Under the pieces are notes generated by a model. It did not search any database. It was not told where the DNA came from and worked only from the letters and a program-made list of their open reading frames with translations. A stretch of DNA of 64,000 nt, taken from positions 1,773-65,772 of the forward strand of contig CAZGBP010000006.1 of NCBI GenBank assembly GCA_964524035.1, read 5' to 3'. The position numbers and the translations under genes were made by a program. Each line of letters starts with the position of its first letter. Position 1 is the stretch's first letter. Positions 38,001 through 47,531 of the stretch are shown here, piece after piece. Origin of the DNA: an uncultured Bifidobacteriaceae bacterium (GTDB lineage Bacteria; Bacteroidota; Bacteroidia; Chitinophagales; UBA10324).

Positions 38001-38612
38001 GAAACCTACGGCGAAATTAATCCCATGGCCATGGAGGCATTTAATGAAATGAAAGAACGCCATGATTTTATTGTCTCGCAGAAGAACGACCTGATGAATG
38101 CCAAGTCATCACTGTTGCAAACCATTGAAGAAATAGAAACCACTGCCAAAGAGCAGTTCCTGACCGCATTCAACAGCATCAAAGTAAATTTCGTGAGAGT
38201 CTTTAAAGGACTGTTTACAGAAGATGATGAATGTGATCTGATCCTGGAAAACCCGGACAATGTGCTGGAATCGAAAATTCAAATCACTGCCAAACCGAAG
38301 GGAAAACGCCCGCAGATCATTGATCAACTTTCCGGCGGCGAAAAAACATTAACTGCCATCTCGCTGCTCTTTGCGCTGTATCTTTATAAGCCCGCTCCAT
38401 TCTGTATACTGGATGAGGTAGATGCACCACTCGATGATGCCAATATTGAAAAATTCAACCGGATTGTGCGAGACTTCTCGCAGAATTCACAATTCGTGCT
38501 GGTAACACACAATAAGAATACAATGGCTTCGGTAGATGTGATTTATGGTATTACCATGCAGGAAGAAGGTATTTCCAGAGTGGTTCCGGTTGATTTCAGA
38601 AGCTTGAATTAG
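35082..38612 (+). CDS. smc: chromosome segregation protein SMC
   Basis: Walker A GPNGCGKSN, long K/E/Q-rich coiled coils around a hinge, signature LSGGEKTLTAISLLFAL, and Walker B ILDEVDAPLDD. GTG start. Confidence 0.95.
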   Translation: MRLINLEIKGFKSFADKTVINFNDNVTGVVGPNGCGKSNVVDAIRWVLGEQKTSMLRSEKMENIIFNGTKNRKASSLAEVSLTFENNRNLLPTEFHTVTISRHYYRNGDSEYKLNGITCRLKDITSLFLDTGISSDSYAIIELGMVDEILNDKDHSRRKLFEQAAGISKYKARKKETLNKLEATQLDLNRVDDLLFEIENNLKALESQARKTERYYKLKEEYRNLSIELALFTLESFKKSFDTLQLQQQQEEDKKLKLETDAVMQEATLAQEKTDNINKEKQMLARQRELNVFVTAIKQKENEKNILSENLKFQRDKRESLHAQNQKAAADLQEIATGIEAFQQQKTTEHTNFNSFSQELDIAKQVLENIRAEHGGIKIRLEEQTNVMRELDREIAETEKNITIRDVQQQNLQQEKERGEMEFSQRHQEHAEFQKQLQSLREEEQLKKQVLLELTEAGDTLQTQINAVAEELEGAREELRSIHRNLDARQNEFNLTKSFIDNMEGFPESIKFLKQHPEWATHAPLLSDIISCPAEFRVAIENFLDQYLNFYVVADMNDAMNAVNLLSASAKGRANFFVLNDFEDTVARSFNTPPSAIAALDIVEAEPKYRKLVAFLLSGACILRDEHQTELGQFEKGLSIISRSGKFIRTPMGLSGGQVGSFSGKRLGRIKNLAALEAEIAQAKETAERLQLRIQNLQAELITLKNSSKDTELDDVREQHNIVKNRLATILTRIENIEHFFVTHQSRRENIEAKIEELEKEKSHYISALRIHHDKKSGLQQSLDELTAAFNAIELKLSETSQSYNASHIQFVQQQNKVTAIDRELEFKTQQSAITEQLITSNQAELDRAIAAIADIEQKLSLSETAVIHDYAEKEKMEQEVAAAEQVYYESRARINDLEEHLKSITKSKELVDVLLGQIREQTTELKLQLNSLKDRLAIEFKVEIESLMDRNANPDLNQDELLQKSEKIKNRIETYGEINPMAMEAFNEMKERHDFIVSQKNDLMNAKSSLLQTIEEIETTAKEQFLTAFNSIKVNFVRVFKGLFTEDDECDLILENPDNVLESKIQITAKPKGKRPQIIDQLSGGEKTLTAISLLFALYLYKPAPFCILDEVDAPLDDANIEKFNRIVRDFSQNSQFVLVTHNKNTMASVDVIYGITMQEEGISRVVPVDFRSLN

Positions 38613-38623
38613 TCGCAAGTAAA

Positions 38624-38662
38624 GAGTAGTGAGTAGTGAGTAGCGAGTCTTACGTCTTACGT
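38624..38662. repeat. two adjacent 7-bp microsatellites (GAGTAGT x3, CTTACGT x2)
   Basis: Read directly as GAGTAGTGAGTAGTGAGTAGCGAGT CTTACGTCTTACGT. It fills almost the whole 49-bp gap between the convergent smc and glnS stops. Confidence 0.8.
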
Positions 38663-40320
38663 CATTTCTTCCCCCATCCATCCTTAAGCGTTACCGTTCT
38701 GTTAAAAACTAACTGACCCTCTTTCGCCTGCTTATCCAGGCAGAAATATCCTTTGCGTATAAACTGATAGGCCTCTCCCTGTTTTGCTTCTTTCAGTGAA
38801 GGCTCAGCAAAAGCATGCTCAATCACATTCAGGCTACCGGGATTAATATAATCTTTAAAATCTCCGGCTTCTGCATTGGGATCCTCTACATTAAACAAAC
38901 GGTCGTACAGATTTACCGCAACGGTAATGGCATGTTGCGCACTCACCCAATGAATGGTTCCTTTTACATTAATACCACTTTCATCCGATCCGCTTTTGCT
39001 TTCAGGCAGGTACGTGCAATGAATCTCTTTGATGGCACCCTGTTCATCCTTCAGAAAATCTTCACACTTTACAATGTAAGCACTCTTCAAACGAACCATC
39101 AATCCCACACCCAGCCTGAAAAATTTCTTAGGAGGGTTCTCCATAAAGTCTTCCCGCTCTATCCACAATTCGCGGCTGAATGGTAATGCGCGCATACCAC
39201 TTCCGGGTATTTCAGGGTTGTTCTCTCCCGTCAGCTCTTCCATTTTATCTTCGGGGTAATTGGTGATGATCAACTTAACGGGATCAAGTACCACCATACG
39301 ACGAATCGCATTCCGGTTAAGATCTTCTCTTACACAAAACTCGAGTAACCCGATATCAATTGAATTCTCCCTGCGCTGAATACCCACCTTATCACAGAAA
39401 GCCCGGATGCTTGCCGGTGTATACCCCCTCCTTCTGAATCCTGAAATGGTCGGCATGCGCGGGTCATCCCACCCGGTTACAAACTTATCCTGTACCAGTT
39501 GCAGCAATTTGCGCTTGCTCATTACGGTATAGGTCATGTTCAGCCTGGCAAATTCATACTGGCGCGATGGAAAAATCTCCAGCTTTTCAATAAACCATTC
39601 GTACAAGGGCCGGTGCACCTCAAACTCAAGCGTACAGATGGAGTGTGTGATCTGTTCAATGGCATCGCACTGTCCGTGCGCGAAATCATACATCGGGTAG
39701 ATACACCACGCATTACCGGTCCGGTGGTGATCCACATGCTTGATACGGTACATTATTGGATCCCGCAAATGCATGTTAGGCGATGACATATCTACTTTCG
39801 CGCGCAATACTTTTTCCCCTTCCTTAAATTGCCCGTTACGCATGGCTGTGAATAAGTCAATGTTTTCTGCCACACTCCGATTCCTGTGCGGACTTTCTTT
39901 GCCCGGTTCCGTGGGAGTTCCTTTGGTTGCCGCAATCTCTTCCGCTGAAAGGTCATCTACATACGCAAGCCCTTTCCTGATAAGTTTTAGAGCGAAATCA
40001 TACAACTGCTCAAAATAATCTGAAGCATAGAACTCATGGTCCCATTGAAAGCCAAGCCAGAGAATGTCTTCCTTGATACTGTCCACATATTCTGTTTCTT
40101 CCTTCTCCGGATTCGTATCATCAAACCGCAGGTTCGTTTTTCCGCCATATTTATCAGCCAGTCCGAAATTGAGGCAAATGCTTTTTGCATGCCCAATGTG
40201 CAGGTAGCCGTTTGGCTCCGGTGGAAAACGGGTTAGTACCCTTCCGCCATGTTTTCCGCTTGCAAGGTCAGCTTCCACAATTTCCTCCAGGAAGTTCAGA
40301 GGTTTCGATTGCTCATTCAT
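38662..40320 (-). CDS. glnS: glutamine--tRNA ligase
   Basis: HIGH motif [19 protein letters not shown]-type VMSKRKL, and a GlnRS-type C-terminal anticodon-binding region. Confidence 0.95.
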   Translation of the reverse strand: MNEQSKPLNFLEEIVEADLASGKHGGRVLTRFPPEPNGYLHIGHAKSICLNFGLADKYGGKTNLRFDDTNPEKEETEYVDSIKEDILWLGFQWDHEFYASDYFEQLYDFALKLIRKGLAYVDDLSAEEIAATKGTPTEPGKESPHRNRSVAENIDLFTAMRNGQFKEGEKVLRAKVDMSSPNMHLRDPIMYRIKHVDHHRTGNAWCIYPMYDFAHGQCDAIEQITHSICTLEFEVHRPLYEWFIEKLEIFPSRQYEFARLNMTYTVMSKRKLLQLVQDKFVTGWDDPRMPTISGFRRRGYTPASIRAFCDKVGIQRRENSIDIGLLEFCVREDLNRNAIRRMVVLDPVKLIITNYPEDKMEELTGENNPEIPGSGMRALPFSRELWIEREDFMENPPKKFFRLGVGLMVRLKSAYIVKCEDFLKDEQGAIKEIHCTYLPESKSGSDESGINVKGTIHWVSAQHAITVAVNLYDRLFNVEDPNAEAGDFKDYINPGSLNVIEHAFAEPSLKEAKQGEAYQFIRKGYFCLDKQAKEGQLVFNRTVTLKDGWGKK

Positions 40321-40345
40321 ACATTCAAGGCTTGTTTAAGCGCTG

Positions 40346-40353
40346 CAAAGTTA
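40346..40353 (-). promoter_or_regulatory. Bacteroidetes -7 promoter box TAACTTTG for glnS
   Basis: Exact TAnnTTTG on the minus strand, 26 nt upstream of the ATG at 40320. Confidence 0.45.
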
Positions 40354-40478
40354 ATCGCAAAATTTATGAAATGGGATTTGCATGACTATTTGGGTTTTAC
40401 AGATACTATTACCCGTTAACCTATCCAACGTCATATACAACTATGATGGCAATCAGAGGAAAAGCATGTTGCTGATCC

Positions 40479-40486
40479 TAATTTTG
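40479..40486 (+). promoter_or_regulatory. Bacteroidetes -7 promoter box TAATTTTG
   Basis: Exact TAnnTTTG 22 nt upstream of the ATG at 40508. Confidence 0.45.
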
Positions 40487-40507
40487 CTTTAGTTTAATAG
40501 TATATAT

Positions 40508-43393
40508 ATGAAAGCAATTGCTAATTATGCAATATCCATTTTCATTAGTGGTCTTCTATTAATCAGTAAATCTTCAATCGGACAAGTTTCAGATGAACAA
40601 TGGATGAAAAGAGGTTCGCTGGATGTTGCAGGATTCAAAGAAAACAAAGGGCAGATATTAACTACTGACAACCGCATAAGCCAGGAGGTACTGTATATCT
40701 ATTCAGCAAAAGATTTCAACCTGGCCTTAAAGAAGAAAGGGTTCAGCTATGAGTTGACCGGTCACAAAGTACCTCCCTCCATTTCAGAGGCCTATGGAAA
40801 AAAATTAACGGAACCGGATGGTACCCCTTCCCGGGTTTCAGGCGAAGCAGCCACACAGGTTGAGCGGTTTGATGCCACGTTTATTGGTGCATCACAAAAT
40901 TGCACCCTGGTTGCTTCTGTGCAATTACCGGGTTATGCGAATTACTACACAAGCAATCAAACTGCCCCGGTTACCGGTGTACGGTCTTTTAAGGAAATCA
41001 CGTATCACAATCTCTATCCCAATATCGACCTTGTATTTATTGCACCGGCCGATTGTACTGAAACGCTCCGTTATCAGTATGTGGTGTGGCCGGGCGGCAA
41101 CCCAAATCATATCCGTATAAGATACAATACCTTCCATCAGGTTCGCATTGTAAACAATTCGCTTGTGATAGAAGGCAGCCTTGGATTTATTAATGAAGCG
41201 CGGCTATTTGCTTACCAGGAAGATAAGAAACAGGCGATTCAATCTTCATTTAAGCTGAAAGCGAATGAATTATCATTTCAAACAGGGAGATACGACAGCA
41301 AACGAATCCTCATTATTGATCCGGATATTGTCTGGGGTACCTATTACGGTGACGACTTCAGTGATGATAATGCAAAAGAAATTGAAACCGATGCAGAAGG
41401 AAACATCTTGGTTACCGGAGAAACAGCAAGCACCGCAAACTTCACTACGGAAGGCGCATTTCAAACCACGTTCGGAGCCGGGAAATATGATGCCTTTATT
41501 ATGAAATGGAGCCCGGATGGCAACCGAATCTGGGTCACTTATTATGGAGGTAACGACAGGGAATGCGGCTTTGGACTGAAAACGGATGATGAATCAAATG
41601 TGTACTGCACCGGTGATACAAGAAGCATGCATCTTTACCTGCTCAACCCGCACCAACCCACGTTTGGCGGTATAGTAGATGTATTCATGCTCAAGCTCGA
41701 TAAGAATGGACTGCTGCAATGGGCTACCTATTATGGTGGCGCTGCGGAAGATCATAACGACGGGGGCATCTGTCTTGATCAGTTTGAAAACGTCTATGTA
41801 TGTGGCTGGACTGAAAGTTTTGAAAATATCTCCACCCCCGGCTCACATCAACCTGATAAAGGAATGATTATGGACGCCTTTCTTGCAAAATTCAATAGCA
41901 ATGGAACAAGATTATGGTGCACTTATTATGGCGGTGATGATGAGGACCGGGCGCACAGCCTTTCACTGGATCGCGATAACAACGTTTACATGACCGGCAC
42001 TACTCCCAGCTATAACAACATTGCGACACCGGGTACAACACAACCCTATTGCGGCGGGGCACTGGATATTTTTCTTATAAAATTCACTACAGATGGCCAG
42101 CGTATCTGGGGCACCTACTACGGTGGCGCCGATAACGAACATGGAAGAGAATCTGCAATGGATGATGCAGGATTATTTTACATGACCGGTTATACCACCA
42201 GTGAATACAACATAGCAACACCTGACGCCTATCAGCGCAACTGGGCTACCGGTTATACCAATGAGGGTGCAAAGAACCCGGATGCCTGCCTGGCGATGTT
42301 TGATGCCAATGGCATTTTGGTATATGGAACCTACCTGGGCGGAACCGGTGCAGACTATGGAAGGGCATTAAAACTTGAACCGGAGGGTTCGATATTAATG
42401 GTTGGCAGTACACAGAGTACGGGCTTAGGAACTACAGGCGTTTATCAGAAATTAAAATCCAATGGCAAAGATGCCTTTATGGCCAAATTCAGCGGCAATG
42501 GCATGTTAATATGGTTTACGTATGTAGGTGGTAATGGCACCGATGAAGGAGAAGAGATGGCCGTTGACAGCTATAACAACATCTATATTACCGGAACTAC
42601 CAACAGCACACTTGGCATTGCCACACCCGGAGCTTTTAAAGATTCCCTTTCCAACAATACGGTGGATGATGTCATGATCCTCCGGTTTTTTGACCGGTGC
42701 TTTGATAAATTTGAAACAAATAACAGTGCCAAAACAGCGACTGCTCTTACCATCCCGGAAAGTAATTTTCTGCAGGTAAATGCAGAAATTGGTGTAGCAG
42801 GCGACAAAGATTTTTATGCTTTTGGAAATACTGCAGGCAATTCCGCCATACAGATTCAGTTAAGCAACTTACCTGCTGACTACAACCTCTATCTGCTTGG
42901 AACCAATGGGAAGCAGGTAGCTAAATCCGTTTTGCCTGGTGTTGCTGATGAAGAGATACTTTACCAAACCACGATAGTCGGAACATACAAAGTGAAAGTG
43001 CAGGCAGCAAATACGGCCGTATTTAATGATACTGTTTGTTATGATCTTTTAATTTCATTAATCCAGCCCTCACTGCGTGTCGGAATAGAAACAGATGAAA
43101 ATGCAGATACCGCTTCGCCGCATTTTAATTTTGAAAATCCTGAAATTGAAGATGCCTTTCAGGTCTATCCCAATCCTGCCACCTCACAGGTCTATCTTGA
43201 ATCGCAGGAGTATGCGGTTACCGATATGGGCGTCCAGGTTTTTGACATGCTGGGCAGGCTGACCTTTGAAAGACTCAGCATACCGTGTTCTTCACTCGCC
43301 ATAGATGTAAGCGGATGGAGTGAAGGCGTTTACCTGCTTTTGATAAGGCATGATGATAAGAAATTCGCTCAGAAGCTCCTGATCAGCAGGTGA
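40508..43393 (+). CDS. SBBP (beta-propeller) repeat protein with a PPC-like domain and a T9SS C-terminal sorting domain
   Basis: Repeated units of the form W.TYYGG...D.G..I..D..GN.Y.TG.T.S.....T.GA.Q occur about 8 times. GDKDFYAF is a pre-peptidase C-terminal-like domain. The tail is VYPNPATSQVYLE...GVYLLLIRH. Confidence 0.8.
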   Translation: MKAIANYAISIFISGLLLISKSSIGQVSDEQWMKRGSLDVAGFKENKGQILTTDNRISQEVLYIYSAKDFNLALKKKGFSYELTGHKVPPSISEAYGKKLTEPDGTPSRVSGEAATQVERFDATFIGASQNCTLVASVQLPGYANYYTSNQTAPVTGVRSFKEITYHNLYPNIDLVFIAPADCTETLRYQYVVWPGGNPNHIRIRYNTFHQVRIVNNSLVIEGSLGFINEARLFAYQEDKKQAIQSSFKLKANELSFQTGRYDSKRILIIDPDIVWGTYYGDDFSDDNAKEIETDAEGNILVTGETASTANFTTEGAFQTTFGAGKYDAFIMKWSPDGNRIWVTYYGGNDRECGFGLKTDDESNVYCTGDTRSMHLYLLNPHQPTFGGIVDVFMLKLDKNGLLQWATYYGGAAEDHNDGGICLDQFENVYVCGWTESFENISTPGSHQPDKGMIMDAFLAKFNSNGTRLWCTYYGGDDEDRAHSLSLDRDNNVYMTGTTPSYNNIATPGTTQPYCGGALDIFLIKFTTDGQRIWGTYYGGADNEHGRESAMDDAGLFYMTGYTTSEYNIATPDAYQRNWATGYTNEGAKNPDACLAMFDANGILVYGTYLGGTGADYGRALKLEPEGSILMVGSTQSTGLGTTGVYQKLKSNGKDAFMAKFSGNGMLIWFTYVGGNGTDEGEEMAVDSYNNIYITGTTNSTLGIATPGAFKDSLSNNTVDDVMILRFFDRCFDKFETNNSAKTATALTIPESNFLQVNAEIGVAGDKDFYAFGNTAGNSAIQIQLSNLPADYNLYLLGTNGKQVAKSVLPGVADEEILYQTTIVGTYKVKVQAANTAVFNDTVCYDLLISLIQPSLRVGIETDENADTASPHFNFENPEIEDAFQVYPNPATSQVYLESQEYAVTDMGVQVFDMLGRLTFERLSIPCSSLAIDVSGWSEGVYLLLIRHDDKKFAQKLLISR

Positions 43394-43571
43394 AATCCGG
43401 CTGCATACGAAGCTTGCCCGGGCAATTTATTCTTTTGAAGATGGGTGCCTTGAAACAAGGGTATTTTGGAAAATGGATAGTACAAATTGCAATACGAAGC
43501 AAAGCCTTAATTTGCATACCGGCACCGTTGGTGTTATCCCTTTGCAACAGTATTGATAAAAAATTCGCGTT

Positions 43572-45827
43572 ATGAAAAACTCAATCTTTATTGCATTGCT
43601 GCTGTTGAGCAGTTGTTTATATGCCTCTGATGTGACCGGAATAAAAGTAGTGCGCAACAGCGGCCAGGTATTCATTACCTGGAAAGGCGATGTGTCAAAA
43701 GAGTACACAATTTATCGCACTACCTACAAGATTACCGCAACAACAGGGTGGCCCGCTGCCGGCTTTGGCAAGTCTCCGGCTTACTCCACCAAAAATGTAC
43801 GGTTCAGCGAGTTGGTAACAGATGGTACCAGGTACTTCCGGGTGCCTGATGGCAGTTCAGGTGCAACCGTTTTACTGGATCCTGCTGCCGGCTATGGGGG
43901 TCTTTTCGTGTTGGCCTGCACCGGCACCAGCGGAGCAAAATATTTCTATGGCGTTAAGATGACCGGTTCCGCCGATCAGCCTGTTCCCGGAGATAATGTT
44001 ACGGCTGCAGGAACCAAGGATGTCATTGCAACTCCTAAACCCATTTTGCAGGAAAGCCTGAACCTTGACCAGGTTCCCGGAAATGATATGGACGTTTATG
44101 TACATTTTGCAACTGCCGTCGTACCAACCGGTTCGAAGAAAATGATGAATGCCGGATTCTTCGATTTTATTGGATTTAATTTTGGCGTGGTGCCCTTCAA
44201 AAATGTTGGCAGTGTATCTCCGCATCCATTGATTGTTAAACTACATGCCGGAGGTGGAAACTTTATCGAAGATGGCATGAGTGTAAGTAACGAAGCCAAT
44301 TCCGCCTACAAGCTTTGCCTCGACGACTGGTTGCCGAACGGGGAATCTACCTGGTGGTTTGGTTACAACGAAAAGTATGACCTCAGCAAACCACATGTTA
44401 AACTAACCACCTTACCTCCCACCTGCGACGATCCCTGCAGATTGGATGATCCAACCTGTCATGGCAGCAATTATGGCTATACCTTTCAGAGAATACTGTA
44501 TTCCATTGAACAGGTGAAAACGATGTACAATAAATCACCCAATACCAACCCCAATGATGATATCAGCAACAACAAAGTTTCCTTAACAGGACGATCGATG
44601 GGCGGTGGTGGTGGTATGCTGGCAGCCATGCTTGCACCGGATGTATTTTCATGCATAGCGGTCATCGTTCCGAAGATGGATTTCAGTTTTCCTTACGATC
44701 AGTCGCTGGAAATCTGCGCATGGAACTTTGATTTGGAAGCCGAAGCGCTGGCTGCACCGTGCTACGATTTTGACCTTTATTATATTACCCGTGAACGGAT
44801 AAATGCCAAGTGGGGAACTGTTACTGCCAACTGGCCATCGGATGTTACTGATCCAAACAATGCCGGTGTTTATTATTCTACCTATGACCTGCTGAATGCA
44901 GGATTCATGACGGCATCTGTCACGCAGGCAAACAAAGACCTGCCCATCATTTTTGCCTATAGCGGCAAAAATGACAGTGGCCAGGGGTGGGAAGAAAAAC
45001 TTCCTGTCTATGATTCGATGAACACGCACAGGCAGCCCGGAATTTTCTTCTGGGACCAGGGCGAACATAAAAATCCAATGTATTGGAATTTTGGCGAATC
45101 CATCACACTGGAAGATCTTACCAGGTACTCCAGCAAACAAGCTTATCCCGCTTTCAGCAATTGCAGCATCAACGACCTACCCGCAACGGCTCCTGAAGGA
45201 ACCATCAACGGTTTCTTTGACTGGGATGAAAATTCCATCATAGATGAAAAAACAAACTTCAGCATACAGCTGAAATGGAGAACATTGAAAACCATTACCG
45301 GCGCTACGGTACAACCCGACAATGCAACGATGACGACCGACATCAGGCTCAGGCGGCAAAAATTTCCAGGTACCTATGCAGGCCCGGTCTGCTGGACATT
45401 AACAAACCTCACCACTTCCGCATCCGTTAGCGGTGAAAGCTTTGTACCCTATGCAAACGGACCCGTGGATATCAACAACATATCTTTACATTATCCTGAT
45501 AAGTATCAGTTAACAATCACCAATACCTCATGTAAAAGCAGTGAGGTTACCATTGCTGCAAACTATTTCAGTTGCATTCAAAACGTCTATCCGAATCCGG
45601 TAACCAACAGCATTTCCATTGAGTTGCTGGCTATTGAAAAGGAACCGTATCATGTTACCGTGTTTGATATCTATGGAAATAAAATATACCATGCTGTAAT
45701 TCAAAATGAGGAATCGGGACTTACTACCGTGAAGCTAAACAGCGGTGATTGGCAGGCAGGCGTGTATATTCTGGAAGTGAAAACAGCCAATGAAAGGACC
45801 ATTCGGGAACTCGTAAAAGTGGAATAG
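43572..45827 (+). CDS. secreted alpha/beta-hydrolase-like protein with a T9SS C-terminal sorting domain
   Basis: Signal peptide present. Nucleophile-elbow motif in VSLTGRSMGGGGGMLAAM (GxSxG). The C-terminal tail is VYPNPVTNSISIELL...GVYILEVKT. The rest is unassigned. Confidence 0.65.
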   Translation: MKNSIFIALLLLSSCLYASDVTGIKVVRNSGQVFITWKGDVSKEYTIYRTTYKITATTGWPAAGFGKSPAYSTKNVRFSELVTDGTRYFRVPDGSSGATVLLDPAAGYGGLFVLACTGTSGAKYFYGVKMTGSADQPVPGDNVTAAGTKDVIATPKPILQESLNLDQVPGNDMDVYVHFATAVVPTGSKKMMNAGFFDFIGFNFGVVPFKNVGSVSPHPLIVKLHAGGGNFIEDGMSVSNEANSAYKLCLDDWLPNGESTWWFGYNEKYDLSKPHVKLTTLPPTCDDPCRLDDPTCHGSNYGYTFQRILYSIEQVKTMYNKSPNTNPNDDISNNKVSLTGRSMGGGGGMLAAMLAPDVFSCIAVIVPKMDFSFPYDQSLEICAWNFDLEAEALAAPCYDFDLYYITRERINAKWGTVTANWPSDVTDPNNAGVYYSTYDLLNAGFMTASVTQANKDLPIIFAYSGKNDSGQGWEEKLPVYDSMNTHRQPGIFFWDQGEHKNPMYWNFGESITLEDLTRYSSKQAYPAFSNCSINDLPATAPEGTINGFFDWDENSIIDEKTNFSIQLKWRTLKTITGATVQPDNATMTTDIRLRRQKFPGTYAGPVCWTLTNLTTSASVSGESFVPYANGPVDINNISLHYPDKYQLTITNTSCKSSEVTIAANYFSCIQNVYPNPVTNSISIELLAIEKEPYHVTVFDIYGNKIYHAVIQNEESGLTTVKLNSGDWQAGVYILEVKTANERTIRELVKVE

Positions 45828-46005
45828 CATTCCTTCCTTATTCCGGAATGTTCATTAACGTATTTTTCCATTGCAGTTTCTTGTAGGGCATTGTATTTTC
45901 TCCTGAGAAAGTTACCAACTACGTTGTGGAAAAATGTCAAAACTCAAATTACTTTTTTGATTTACATTTACCATTAATAGTAACTATTCCAAAAAAATAA
46001 GTTGT

Positions 46006-47409
46006 ATGAAAACAAGGAAAGAACATGACTTTCTGGGGGAATTAGATATCCCCGATGAAGTATACTATGGTGTACAAACCTTTCGCGCGCTCGACAACTT
46101 TCACATCACCGGTGTTCCGCTCAGCCGCGAACCCTTCTTTATCAGAGGACTGGGCTACGTAAAAAAAGCCGCAGCGCTTGCCAATCGTGATTGCAAGGTG
46201 TTAGATACCAAAATCGCGGAACATATCAGCCTTGCCAGCGACCGGGTAATTGCCGGGGAGTTTGACAGTCATTTCCCAAGCGATCTTATACAAGGAGGAG
46301 CAGGTACCTCCGTAAATATGAATGCCAATGAGGTAATTGCCAATGTTGCGTTGGAAATGATGGGAAAAAAGAAAGGCGAATACGAATATTGCCATCCTAA
46401 TAACCACGTAAACTGTTCCCAATCCACCAATGATGCCTATCCTACCGCTTTCAGAATCGCTCTCATCTTAAAGTTGGGCGATTATGAAAGGTGCATCAGG
46501 GAACTGGCCGGCAGCTTTGAAACGAAAGCCGCAGAGTTTAACAATGTGTTGAAGATGGGACGCACCCAGTTGCAGGATGCAGTACCTATGAGCCTGGGCG
46601 ATGAGTTTCGCGCTTTTGCCACTACACTGCGTGCCGAACTAGCCCGGATTGAGGAAAGCAAAAAATTGATTTCTGAGATTAATATGGGTGCCACCGCTAT
46701 TGGCACCGGGGTAAATGCCCCTGCAGGCTATTCTGAACTGGTAACTAAATATCTTTGCAGCTTAACCGGATTAGAGCTTACGCTTGCCCCTGACCTTATA
46801 GAAGCAACCGTGGATACCGGTGCTTATGTGCAACTGTCCGGGGTGTTGAAAAGAACAGCCGTTAAGATATCAAAGATCTGCAACGACCTTCGGTTGCTGG
46901 CTTCCGGCCCGCGAACCGGATTTGGTGAAATCAACCTGCCTCCTATGCAACCCGGCTCGTCCATTATGCCGGGCAAAGTAAATCCGGTAATTCCCGAAGT
47001 AGTGAATCAAACTGCCTTTTATGTTATAGGTGCTGATCTCACGGTAACCATGGCTGCGGAAGCAGGGCAATTACAACTGAATGTGATGGAACCGGTTATT
47101 GCTTTTTCGCTCTTCACGTCCATTACTTTCATGACCCGTGCCTGCGATACCCTGCGGCTCAAATGTGTAAACGGCATTACTGCTAATCCCGAACATACCA
47201 AACAGATGGTGATGAACAGTATTGGTATTGTTACACAATTGAATCCGATTCTCGGGTATGAAGTAAGTGCATCTATTGCTGGTGAAGCGCTCAAGACAGG
47301 AAAATCAGTTCATGAAATTGTAGTGAAAGAACGGAAGCTGATTACCCAGGAAAAATGGAATGAGATTTACACCTTTGAAAATCTTGTGAGGCCGAAGTTT
47401 ATACAATAA
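46006..47409 (+). CDS. aspA: aspartate ammonia-lyase
   Basis: N-terminus RKEHDFLGELDIPDEVYYGVQTFRALDNF, TNDAYPTA, and the lyase signature GSSIMPGKVNPVIPE. Confidence 0.9.
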   Translation: MKTRKEHDFLGELDIPDEVYYGVQTFRALDNFHITGVPLSREPFFIRGLGYVKKAAALANRDCKVLDTKIAEHISLASDRVIAGEFDSHFPSDLIQGGAGTSVNMNANEVIANVALEMMGKKKGEYEYCHPNNHVNCSQSTNDAYPTAFRIALILKLGDYERCIRELAGSFETKAAEFNNVLKMGRTQLQDAVPMSLGDEFRAFATTLRAELARIEESKKLISEINMGATAIGTGVNAPAGYSELVTKYLCSLTGLELTLAPDLIEATVDTGAYVQLSGVLKRTAVKISKICNDLRLLASGPRTGFGEINLPPMQPGSSIMPGKVNPVIPEVVNQTAFYVIGADLTVTMAAEAGQLQLNVMEPVIAFSLFTSITFMTRACDTLRLKCVNGITANPEHTKQMVMNSIGIVTQLNPILGYEVSASIAGEALKTGKSVHEIVVKERKLITQEKWNEIYTFENLVRPKFIQ

Positions 47410-47531
47410 ATTTTCGCCATCCGGGTAAACAGAATCTTGTATCCGGGTAACTGCTTTCTTGTTTTCAGAAGTTGCCGCTGCTGAAAGATCAGCACGGCAG
47501 AAAAATTTTTCATGCAGCTAAACTCCATCTA

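Noticed and set aside
35813-38327. Many 60-95-aa antisense and off-frame ORFs inside smc
   Set aside because: They are produced by the low-complexity K/E/Q-rich coiled-coil coding sequence. Their translations are Ser/Cys/Phe-rich nonsense, and all are nested in a well-supported 1176-aa gene.
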